From positions 15,314,001-15,378,000 of the forward strand of contig NC_043012.1 of assembly GCF_006345805.1 (NCBI RefSeq): 64,000 nucleotides of DNA. The letters run 5' to 3'. The notes under the pieces are model-generated. The model saw nothing but the letters and a program-made list of their open reading frames with translations, was not told the DNA's origin and did no database searches. Source of the stretch: Octopus sinensis (taxonomy: Eukaryota). This document shows, piece after piece, positions 38,566 through 50,945 of the stretch. Position 1 is the first letter of the stretch. Every line of letters starts with the position of its first letter. A program made the position numbers and the translations under genes.

Positions 38566-39186
38566 TAGAATGGTTGTATACTGTCAATCTAACGTGAACG
38601 TGACAGTAGGGGGTTACACCACCGCTGTTTAGCCCTAGGAAGCATCGACGCTTCCTGCTGGCTTCGACACATTTTTCCTGTGTCCTTATATACATTTACG
38701 AAGGGGAGACAAACACCCGCAGCAGCCAGGCCTGCATCTAGAGACATGCATGTTTCAGGATCATTGTCCATCATCGGTCTAGAGCCGCGGATATCTACCC
38801 CGATTTGCAAATGTATATATCTAATTTTCAGTGAAGTTTATATCTCTATGAGAGATTTAGAAATTTAATATTTCTGATTTTGGTAATCAGTGAATAAACT
38901 TCACTGAAAATTAGATATATACATTTGCGAATCGGGACAGATATCCGCGGCTGGCGGGCGTCTGCTACTCTAGACCGATGAAGGACAATGATCCTGAAAC
39001 ATGCATGTCTCTAGATGCAGGCCTGGCTGCTGGGGATGTTTGTCTCCCCTTCGTAAATGTATATAAGGACACAGGAAAAATGTGTCCAAGCCATCAGGAG
39101 GTGTCGATGCTTCCTAGGGCTAAACAGCGGTGGTGTAACCCCCTACTGTCACGTTCACGTTAGATTGACAGTATACAACCATTCTA
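38566..39186. repeat. Long inverted repeat (arms about 275 and 292 bp), probably Penelope-derived
   Basis: Arm 1 38566-38840, spacer 38841-38894, arm 2 38895-39186. Confidence 0.92.
38969..39015 (+). ncRNA. Minimal type I hammerhead ribozyme fold (U4C core variant)
   Basis: Stem I TCTAGA/TCTAGA, core CCGATGA, stem II AGGA-caatga-TCCT, GAAA, palindromic stem III ACATGCATGT, GTC triplet; mirror copy on - strand at 38737-38783. Confidence 0.75.
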
Positions 39187-39236
39187 TCGCCCCACCACCG
39201 TACATATCTCTATGAGAGATTTAGAAATTTAATATT

Positions 39237-39331
<95 letters not shown>

Positions 39332-39759
39332 ACATGTATATATATATATGTATACATAAACTTAGATAAACTTAGATATGTTTCGACCAATGATTGGTCC
39401 AGGCCATGTCTAACTTAGTAGCACCCCCTGATATGATTATCTAAATCCTGTTTAAGTCAAGTTTTGCTTATAGTAGGGCACCGCCTTGAAAGAATTTAGT
39501 CGAAAGGATCGACGCCAGTACTTGTTTTCTTTTTAAGCCAGGTACTTAATCTGGTGGTCTCTTTTGCCGAACCGCTAAGTTACGGGGACGTAAACACACC
39601 AATACCGGTTGTCAAGTTGTAGTGGGGAACACACACACATACATACATACATACTAGTGGTGGTGGTAGTGGTAGTAGTAACAGCAGCAGCAGCAGTTAT
39701 AGCAACAGCATCAGTAGCATCAGCAGCATCAGCAGCAGCAGCATCAGTAGTAGTAGTAA

Positions 39760-39804
<45 letters not shown>

Positions 39805-39814
39805 TAGTCTCTAC

Positions 39815-41330
39815 GTGATGTTTGTACTTTCTGTAAACCCGTTGTCATTCATGTTAAGGAAGTCTAAAGGATATCTCACTGATTTACTAGGAAACAGAGA
39901 TACCAAAATTACGCACTGTTTCTTTGTGGATGACTTGAAACTTTATGCAAAGAATATGCAAGAGATGAAAAAGAGCCTTGGCCTAGTCACAACATTCTCG
40001 AAGGATGAAGGGTTGGAGTTTGGTCAGGATAAATGTTGTTATATGGTTGTGAAAAGAGGGAAAACTGTAAACTAGACTAACAACAGCTCCAGCAATAACT
40101 TGACTGTTCCCCTATATCTGATGAATGTTACAGATATCTAGGGTTGAGTGAAAACATATCTTACGATGGTAACTGCAACAAAACACGTGTCACTAAAGAA
40201 TATTACAGCCGAATAAAGAAAATTTGGGCCTCGGATTTCTCTGCTTTCAATAAAACAGTGGTACACAATGTGTTTGCAGTGCCAGTACTCATTCCAACAT
40301 TTGCGATGTTTGAGCGGACGTTTGATGAGATCCGAGCCATTGATGTGAAAACCCGGAAGACTCTAACAAGCACATATAATTTTCACATCAACAGTGACGT
40401 AGACAACCTCTATCTAAAACGAAAACAAGGCGGCAGAAGCTTAACATCGATCCAAAATTCCTTTGAATGTCGTATCATATTCCTTCGACATCTTTTAACT
40501 ACCAAGTGTCAAAGTGCATCACTTGACAAAGTTTGAATACGTGAGGCTGATAACATCATAAGACTTGGAAGGTAGCTCCATGAGCAGCATTCCTTGTCTG
40601 ATAACCTTAAATACACGCCCAAAGATGTCGCGCAACTCTACCGCAACCTATCATCTGATGAAAAGATGAGCATATATGAGCAGAAGACCATGCATGGTTA
40701 TGTTAGTAGAAAACTCAGAGATGATATTAACGTTGATCATCAAAGCAGTCTATGATGGACCAACAACCGGATTACTACTTCCCACTTTGCCGGATTACAA
40801 CCTCCCACTTTGCCGGATTACTACCTCCCACTTTGCCGGATTACTACCTCCCACTTTGCCGGATTACAACCTCCCGCTTTGCTGGATTACAACCTCCCAC
40901 TTTGCCGGATTACTACCTCCCACTTTGCCGGATTACAACCTCCCGCTTTGCCGGATTACAACCTCCCGCTTTGCCGGATTACAACCTCCCACTTTGCCGG
41001 ATTACTACCTCCCACTTTGCCGGATTACAACCACCCGCTTTGCCGGATTACTACCTCCCACTTTGCCGGATTACTACCTCCCACTTTGCCGGATTACTAC
41101 CTCCCACTTTGCCGGATTACTACCTCCCACTTTGAAGGGTATGCGTTTGCAATCCAGGAACAGGAAATATCAACCAAATACTTTATGCACAAAAGGGACA
41201 GGGATGCAGGAAAAGCAGTAAAATGTGAAAACCGATGCAGACTTTGTGGAGTTAACACCGAAGATATCATCTACGGTAATGCCATCACGGTATTATCTAC
41301 CGATGAGACATGATGTAGCAAAAACACGGT
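39815..41330 (+). mobile_element. R4/Dong-like LINE remnant (RT C-terminal half to zinc knuckle)
   Basis: HCFFVDDLKLYA, LEFGQDKC, LYLKRKQGGR, AIQEQEISTK, CRLCG; multiple stops. Confidence 0.85.
40767..41134. repeat. 23-bp minisatellite, 16 copies, inside the LINE ORF
   Basis: Unit CCGGATTAC(T/A)ACCTCCC(A/G)CTTTG; 368 bp = 16 x 23. Confidence 0.95.
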
Positions 41331-41339
41331 AGTTGAAAT

Positions 41340-41913
41340 ATTGTATCAAGAAGTTGTGGTGATTATGTAGAGCCGGATTTGCGTTACATGACGTACAAAG
41401 TTGTGGCTGTAATGCTGCTGCCTGGGTCACTTGGTACTGAAGTTCTCGCAGGTTGTACATTCGCTGTTAAACATGGTGAAGTAATTCACGAACAGTACTA
41501 TGTTGAAACCTGGGTGTGTTGCTGTTGGACGGGTGTTGTCGTCTGGCGTTGTCGCTGGAACTGGCTATGTCTTGTGTCGTCAGTGGCTAGACCTTAAAAG
41601 GTCTAGAACCAAAGACCTCGAGACGAGGAGAAAGTGAGTTTTTATAAGGCACAGTAGGTTCAAAATGGTTGATCTTATTTAGGGGCTCCGATTGGTTATA
41701 TGCTGCATATTGGCGCAATAGAGTAAGGGACAAATTACGTCAATGCTCACCAATCAGAGTAGTGGACACAGCAGGGTCCAAATAGCGGCCAAAGGCTAGC
41801 TGTTATCCGCTACGCTCGAATGCTTGTATATATGATAAAGGGGAATAGAATTTCACTCGAGTGTGGAAGCACTCCGTCGGTTACAACGATGAGTCACTCG
41901 AGTGTATGCTACA
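41340..41913 (-). mobile_element. Partial solo LTR-like element
   Basis: Minus strand starts TGTAGC; homologous to 34393 and 57437 elements. Confidence 0.55.
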
Positions 41914-42171
41914 GAGAAAAAGTGCCGAGCCCTAAATTTGTTGTTTAGTGTTCGAACCGCAACAGAATTCCATTTACTATTTATCATTTGAGAATCGATA
42001 AAATTAACACCAGTTATATTAATTATTGTCATTTAGCCTCATTTGCAATTGAACATACATCTCGTCAAAGGCATTCTAACTGTGAAAGATTTTTTTTTCT
42101 CTAGATAAAATCTGATTTCGGTTCTGATCATATTTAGCTAGAATCGACATATCCAATATGTCACTTCTCTT

Positions 42172-43156
42172 TAAGACGCCGGGGTATTATTTAAGGAAGT
42201 TTATATATTAATGAAATTTTATAGAAACACCGTTCAAATGGTACAAATTACGGTTATAAAGAAATTTCTGGTGATTTCTGGAAGTGGGTGGGTGGGTTAT
42301 AGGAAGATTTCGGAAAATTCACACGATCCGTCCCCCCCACCTCATAACTTTCAGGAAAATGGATATCTTTCATTGAAATTTTTACAGAAACACCTTTCAA
42401 AAAGCATAGATTACAATTATAAAGAAATTTGTGGGGAAAACTGTTTTCCGAAGGGGTGAGGGAGAGGACATTGAAACAATGATGCGAAAATGCATCACTC
42501 TAACAATTTTGAAGATAGCACCCAGAGAAGATGCACACACATTGAAAGACTTTGAAGGGACATAAAGGAATCAACCAAAAAGCCATGAATTCGATCAAAA
42601 TATCTACAACATCTTGCAAGATATTTATTTAGAACTTCTCAACATGAAGAAAGTCTGTTGCGCAAATTCTTCATAGAGGCAACCAAGTTATACCTTCAAC
42701 TCTCGAATCGTTGCCGTCAATTAATTACCAAAACGAAGGTATGAACATGTTTATTTGCGTAAATTTTTGTTTTCATATTCGTTTTCTATACGTTTATTTT
42801 TTCGCTTTGGTAACCGGGCACTAAACTAGATCCTGAAATTTGTGAGGGGGAAAAAAACGGATTATGTGAATTTTCCAAAATCCTCTCCGCACACCATCGG
42901 AAAACATTTTCACCAGAAATTTCTTTATAATCATTTGTGCCATTTGAACTGTATTTTCATAAAATGTCATCAATATATATCCAATTTCCTGAAAGTTATG
43001 AGGGAAAAATCGGATCTTGCGAATTTTCCGAAAGTCCTCTCTCCACCCCACCCCATTCGTTTGCGCAAATTTTTGTTTTCATATCCGTTTTTTTAAAAAA
43101 AATTTTAAAACATCTAGTAGGCTGGTTTTATTTTTGTTTTCATAACCGGGTCTTAA
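42172..43156. mobile_element. Degenerate foldback/MITE-like region
   Basis: 42210-42460 is imperfectly inverted relative to 42830-43050; ends TTAAGAC...GTCTTAA. Confidence 0.4.
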
Positions 43157-43845
43157 ACTGTATATTGATCTCTTCCGCTAGTAAATTACTTCATACACAC
43201 ATGCAACCACGAAAACTGTACGATGTAAGCTCCTACTTCAGAATTATTAGGAAGATACACACAACTATGATACTTCGGTGTTTCCATATGGTTTTGTATC
43301 AACAAATTTCGCTTACGGGTACTCAAGTGGTTTACGGGTTTCTTCTGGCTTTTCAGCTAATAAACTCTACACACAATACTCCCGTTCAGTCTTACACTGC
43401 TTCATGGAACTGATCCCTACATTTTTCATAAACCTTTCAGTAGCATCTCTCTCCCAATGCTTCTACCTACAAAAGATGCCACGAAAGAACAAATCTTACC
43501 AATACTCTTTTACTCTTTTACTTGTTTCAGTCATTTGATTGCGGCCATGCTGGAGCACCACCTTTAGTCGAGCAAATCGACCCCAGGACTTATTCTTTGT
43601 AAGCCTAGTACTTATTCTATCGGTCTCTTTTGCCGAACTTCTAAGTTATTTATATATATATATATACGACGGCCTTCTTTTCATTTTCCGTCTACCAAAT
43701 CAACTCATAAGGCTTTGGTCGGCCCGAGGCTTGTACTTATTCTATCGGTGTTTTTTTGCACGTAAACACACAAGCATCGGTTGTCAAACGATGTTGAGGG
43801 TACAAACACAGACACACAAACATATAAGCACACATACATATATAT

Positions 43846-43893
<48 letters not shown>

Positions 43894-45102
43894 ATATATA
43901 TATATATACATATATACGACGGGCTTCTTTCAGTTTCCGTCAACCAAATTCACTCACAAGGCTTTGGTCAGCCCGAGGCACTAGTAGAAAACACTTGCCC
44001 AAGGTGCCACACAGCGGGACTGAACCCGGAACCATGTGGTTGGTAAGCAAGCTACTTACCTCACAGTCACTCCTACGCCTATAGGTCAAATAATTAATAT
44101 GTAAATAAACAAACTCAGTATTATATCACGATGCAGCCGTTTACTATTCTCACAGCAGTTATTTGCGCACTGCTGGAATACTGTCGATAATCAGGTAAGA
44201 TAAGAAAAATAAGCAAATTTTACTATTTTCAAGAATTTTTCAGTAATTACAAGTAAGTGTTTTCACTGACAGTTATTGCGAAATTTGTTGCTTTGGTCAT
44301 AGAAATATATGTTTCTATAAAAAGAAGAAAAAGTTTCCTCCCCAATCTGCTCCCTAGAAGCGTGTCAGCACCGAGCGTAATGAATCACTCGCCCGCCATT
44401 GTAACTTTAAACTAATTTTTATTTTACTCTCCTTTCTGTAATAAAAGCAATATGATAAACATGCCCCTCACTAATATGGTGTACTGGACAGCATTGCCCC
44501 CTCACTATTCAATAGTACACCTTCAGATTTACTCCACTTTAACATTATTACAAATCAGTGCCCACCCAGAATATTTTGAAACACCCCCAGGCACCAAAAT
44601 CTAGCGATTGGCCTGCGGACCAAGTGAAAGTTTTTCTTATTGCACCTCGCTTTATCAGAACCGAACTATAGGAAGACATTAAGTACTTTATATCTTTCCT
44701 CTCTTTAAAGAAAGGGAGGGGTCTAGAAGTTTATTTCTAACACGTTTCCAAAAACTTACATGTATTGTTTAGTGAGCTTTCAAACTTATAAGATAGACGG
44801 GCACACCCTAACAAACTGCAGTGAAGGCCAGCAAATGCACGCTAATAATCAATATTGTGTAAAATGTATTTTATTTGGCATATTTCACTTTGTTTTAAAC
44901 GTTAACGGAAATAATGTAATCATAAACAATAGTAATAACTAATGCATTTTGCGTGTATGTGTGATTCTGCGCGCACATGTACGTATTATTTGTATATATA
45001 TATATATATATTATATATATATAATTGCAGCGAGGAAGGTGTTTGTAAGCCATTTAAGAAACACACAAAAGTCGTTCGATTCACTTCAACATTTAAGTTT
45101 AA

Positions 45103-45152
45103 TTTGTCAAAATATTTTCGTCGCTAAAATCCGCGATATGTTCACTGACAAA
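45103..45152 (-). ncRNA. Minimal hammerhead-like fold with swapped G3-C8 core
   Basis: Minus strand: TTTGTCA GTGAACA ta TCGC ggatttta GCGA c GAA AATATT T TGACAAA. Confidence 0.5.
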
Positions 45153-45390
45153 AATCCGTTTTTTGTCAGTGAACAGGTCGCGGATTTTAAAGAAAGGGAG
45201 GGGTCTAGAAGTTTATTTCCCACCACCCCCTAACACGTTTCCAAAAACTTACATGTATTGTTTAGTGAGCTTTCAAACTTATGTCATTGTAAGAAAAAAA
45301 TTTATAATATTCTTCAGACATATTGACTCAAATATATATTTTTTAACCTTTTAAAACAAGCCTTCTGTAGTCTTTTCACTTTTTACTATT

Positions 45391-45427
<37 letters not shown>

Positions 45428-45869
45428 CATATATGCATTATTATTTGTTTATATATACATAAATATATATTTATGTATATTATATATATAGGCGAACGTC
45501 AGCAATAGGTAGCACACACACACACGTTGAAATTTCCCCGTTTTTACAGGGATTAAAAAATTATTTTTCACGATGCGTTTGGAAATGATAGGAGCATCTT
45601 AAGAAAGGAAAATAAAATTTTTTTAAATTTACGGTTTAAGGGAAATAACTATTATCTGTCTTTTGCTTCTTTCTAATTTCCTATTCTTTTCCCTGTTTTC
45701 AACCCTCCCTTTTAATATGTACTTCCTTCTCGCCTTTTCTCTCGTCCTATGCTATGTGGGTAGTGTCTGAATATTGTACTACTAGGTCACCAGACATGTT
45801 ATAAAACACTGTCTGGCTTGTTCTCAGCATATGAAGCCAATAGTAGTACATAAAAACATATATCGTGTT

Positions 45870-46630
45870 TAATCATCACCACCATCATCATCATCATCAT
45901 CATTTAACGTCCATTGTCCATGCTGGCATGGGTTGGACGGTTTGACTGGCCTGGCATGCTGGAAAGCTGCACCAGACTCCAGTCTGATTTGGCATGGTTT
46001 TCTACGGCTGGACACCCTTCCTAACGCCAAACCCCCGGGATTGTAAGGGGTGCTTTTACGTGCCACCGGTACGGGTGCCGTTTGCGTGACACCAGTATTT
46101 GTCACGGCTGCGATTTTGATCAGCTTGATGGGTCTTCGTCTCAAGCACGAGATAATGCCAAAGGCCTCCATGAGGCCCAAACACTGGAAAGGGTCTCAAC
46201 CACTTTGCCTCCATGAGGCAAAGGAACTCGCTCGAAAGGAAACCAGTCACTTTGCCTCTGTCAGGCCCAACGCCCGAAAGGTACTCAGCCACTTTGTCTC
46301 CATGAGGCCCGACATTCAAAAGTTGATTTTTTTACGTGCCACCAGTACAAGTGCACTTGGCTTCATGGTTCCTCTTAAGCATTGCACATCGCCAAAGGAC
46401 TCGGTCATTAGTCATTGGCTCTGTGAGGTTCAAAGTTCGAAGGTCATGCTTCACCGCCTCATTCCATGTCTTCCTGGGTCTACCTCTACCACAGGTCCCC
46501 TGCACAGTTAGCGATCGGCACTTCTTTACACACCTGTCCTTGTCCACATGCATCACGTGACCATACCAGCACAGTCATCTCTCTTGCACACCACATCTGA
46601 TGCCTCTTATGCCTAACCTTTCTCTCATCG
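45870..46630 (-). mobile_element. RTE ORF C-terminus joined to a family C body and (GAT)n tail
   Basis: WYGHVMH...GRGRPRKTWNEAVKHDL...DRVLWR on the - strand, followed by family C modules. Confidence 0.75.
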
Positions 46631-46845
46631 GGTTCGCCAGTCCTCAGTCAAATCGTCCAACCCATGGAAAGCGGACGTTAAATGATGATGATGATTGGTT
46701 TCATTTCATTATTAAATTGCTATGTTAAACTTTGACCTACTGACGTATTTGATAACCTACTATGAACTTAGTAAAAATAATATCTGAACTTGACAAGTTA
46801 AATGTTATCTGGTTTGATATTTCTAGCCTAAAGAGATACAGTGCA

Positions 46846-46948
46846 ATGCGGATTTTAAAATGTTGGCATTCCAAATATGGCTTGCGTTTACAGAGACACC
46901 ATGTTGCAGTTACAATACTTATTGTTATTATAATAACATTGTGGCAAA
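46846..46948 (+). CDS. HtrL-like gene, first coding exon (signal anchor)
   Basis: Acceptor TTTCTAG at 46826, ATG 46846, [34 protein letters not shown], donor GTAAGT. Confidence 0.65.
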
Positions 46949-48063
46949 GTAAGTTGTCCTTACATTTCATTATTGTTTATCTAAGGCAGGAAAACTGAAA
47001 ATAGTAATACATATTATAGAACAGGGGTGGGCAAATTTGCTTAATGTAAGAGCCACATCCAATGAGGTCCAGATGCTCGAACAAAATGTACATTGTGTTT
47101 ACATCTGTATATGTGTCTGTGTTTGTGCCCTGTAACTTAGATTGGAAAAAATAAGTATCAGACTCAACAAATTAAATACTAGGATTAATTTGATTGATCA
47201 GATACCTTCAAGGCAGCACCCCCAGCATGGCAGCTGTATAGTGACTAAAAGCACCCACTACACTCTCGGAGTGGTTGGCATTAGGAAGGGTATCCAGCTG
47301 TAGAAACTCTGCCAGATCAGATTGGATCATTCTCTTTTAGTGCCTTATTAATTTAACACACTCACTGGTCTGATTTTCTCTCATTTATTTACTTATTTCT
47401 TTATCTATTTTTACTATAAATAAGTAAATGAGTGGAAATCAGATTGGTGAGTGTGTTAAAACTAGTAAAATAAAAGAGTGAAGTTCAAATAGAAACACAG
47501 CTTTTAAGACCCATCATTCCCTTTTTTTGTTTTTTTCCAGATTTTTTCCAATTTTGTGTTTTGACTAATTCTATCTGGTACAATTTTACAAAAAAAAAAG
47601 ACCCCCAAGAATTATTTTTAACTCCCCTCCCCAATCCTTAAAGTTTGAGATTTAATTGCATTTCTTATAAAAATTTACATTTTAAAAGTGGATATTACAA
47701 ATATGTCATTTGTCTCTTTTCATAATTTCAAATCAACTTTTGAAATTGAAACAAAACTTTGTATGCACATACATGCGCACATGTACGTGTGCATGTGAAC
47801 TCACTCATCTTTTTAGCTACATGGATGCATGAAATTTTGCTTAAATTAAAAAATTTGAAATTATGTGTAACAAATGACATATTCATTATGTGTACATTTA
47901 AAAATGCATATTAAAAGAAAACTGCAAAAAATCTCAAACTTTAAGAATTTTAGGGGCAAATTTTAAAAACTTAAAATTAAATGTATTTTCCTAAAATTGT
48001 ATAAGATAGAGTTCATAGAACACAAAATAAAAAGATATTTCAAAAAAGACTCAAAAGCAAGAA

Positions 48064-48139
<76 letters not shown>

Positions 48140-48223
48140 CATCCATCCATCCATCCATCCACCCACCCACCCACCAAAAAACCCACCCATCCATCCATCC
48201 ATCCATCCATCCATCCATCTACC

Positions 48224-48313
<90 letters not shown>

Positions 48314-50370
48314 GCTACATGTGGAAAAGCCGGTGTGTGTTTGTTTGTGGCATTGTTATCTAACTCATACATCGTTTTATTGATTTTGATGAAACTTGAC
48401 ATGTGAGTAGAACTCATGTCTGGAAACCTCGTGACATACTTAGATTGTTGAAGAGACCTTTATATCTACCTCATATAACTATTTTTTAATCACCCAAGGG
48501 AAATAACCCATACCATCTGAACAATATTTTTATAAAAAACTCCAGGGAAATAATCAATTTCCTTGTTTATGTTCGATTACTTTGTATATTGATTTTTGTG
48601 TGTCCAGTTACTAATTTTTGCAGACCATATCACCTCTTTACTTTATTTGACACGTGAGTAAAACTCATGTCTGGAAACCTCGTGACATACTTAGATTATT
48701 GAAAAAAAAAATCAATAATAGGGCCCATCCAATGGATCCTCCTATCTACTACATATTACTAATATTTTATTTAAACAACACAAAGGAAATAGCCCATACC
48801 ACCTGCAGTTTTTAGTGAAGCGATCAATATTTGATTCTCAAGATTAGCCGACCTAATTCTGCCTTTCACTACTCACAGTTTTGAACTGCCAAACATTATT
48901 GCACTTCCTTAATTTGAATCTTCAACATTCATACATTTCTATACATACATACTCTTTTGAATGCCCATTACTCTGATAATTTTGCATTTTTACAGTTGCA
49001 CTTTCTCCATGACAGTAGATAATTTTTTTCCACAGCGTATTTGTAGTGGCTTCATGCAGGCATAGCGTGAATTTGATCCTTGATTGCCAAATTTCACTTA
49101 ACACTTCAACAGTGCTTTTCTCATGGTAAAACAATAGTTTTTCTGTGAACGACAACCTCTCTCGCCAACCTCCAAAAACCTCTCTCAACAACCTCCAACA
49201 ATCTCTCATACCAGGACATGGCTTCCGTCCTGGAAGGAGCTGCCTAACACAGCTTTTACAACACTTCGACTGGATACTAAAACAACAGCTCAACCATTCA
49301 GATGTGGATGTGATATATCTTGACTTTTGCCAAGGCCTTTGACAAAGTCAATAATGGGATGATATATCAAATATTGCGTGACTTCTGTATCGCTGGTAGA
49401 CTGGGAGAGTCGCTGCATGATTTCCTGAAGGGCAGAAGTCGGCTGTCATAGCAAATGGTGCTCTTTCTGAAGTGACACGAATCCTCCGTGGAGTCCCTCA
49501 GGGAACAGTGCTGGGACTACTGCTGTTTGGTTGCTCGCTCGGATATGCTCTCGGCCATAGGGTCAGCCACACTCACCAGCTACACTGATGATACAAAAGC
49601 ATCGCAGGTGGTCAAGGATCCTAAGACTGCAGACTGGCCCGAACGCAATATATAAGTGGTTGAGGAGAGTAATATGCAGTTCAATGCCTCAAAATTTCAA
49701 GCACTCCGTTATCAGCCCACAAATAAACTACAACTGAAGTACACGGGACCAGCAGACCATGTAGTTCCAGAGTTAGAGTCGGTGCGCGATCTGGAGATCC
49801 ACATGAGCAACGATGCAACTTTCCATGTGCACATTGCTCAGATGGCACTACTATGCTGGCAGGTTGGATCCTGAGATCTTTCGGGATCAGGAAGAGACAC
49901 ACACTGCTACTGCTTTGAAGAAACGTTTTTCTCAGTCGTCTGAACAACTACTTCTAATTGTGGTCATCGCAGAGTGCAAAACTAATTGCGCAACTAGAGG
50001 CTATCCTGCACCACTACACAAAGAAGACAGACTCAGTAAAACACATGGGCTACAGCGAGAGGTTAAAAGAACCAGGACTCTACTCCCTGGAAAGGAGACG
50101 GGAGAGATATGCAGTGCTATACATATGGAAAATAATGGAGGATCTAGTTCCAAATTTTGGAATCGAAAGCTACAACAAACCACGAACTTGACAGCACTTC
50201 TCAGAACCAAAGGTCTCATCTTCGCCATCGAGGATACGAACCCAATATTTTAATAGCTTGGGATTCAAGGGACCACAACTTTTAATGACCTATCACGGAA
50301 CACCATGGATCTGCGATGTGTGGACATGGCAGTCTTAAAAAAACCGCTAGACAGTCTTTATCTGCAATAC

Positions 50371-50404
<34 letters not shown>

Positions 50405-50674
50405 TTCAGATGAATTAGGTACTTAAGTTGAGGCATCAGAATTTAGTACGGTATTATCCATACAGTTTCAAAGTACGGTGATTAAAATCAAAATGAGCAA
50501 CAGGATATCCAAAGGAAATGCAGTACGATCGTTTCAAGCGACTCCATTTAATTGAACAATGCAATCATTACATCAATTTAAATGCATGATGTAATGATTG
50601 CATTGTTCAATTAAATGGAGTAACTTGAAGCGATCGTACTGCATTATCTCTGGATATCCTTGTTACTTATTTTG

Positions 50675-50716
<42 letters not shown>

Positions 50717-50876
50717 ACCGTCTCAACGCAACGTATCAGCTACTGGGAAATATTGAAAGAATTAGTTTGTAAGTGTTATACTAATGTTCTCTAATGCAAA
50801 ACATGAAATTGAAAAGAAGTGTGATTTTGTTTTTCAATGCAAAGCATCGAAGTTACACAGTATAAACATGGACATG

Positions 50877-50945
<69 letters not shown>

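Noticed and set aside
40676-41313. Repetitive proteins in three frames
   Set aside because: Stop-free 23-bp minisatellite inside a dead LINE
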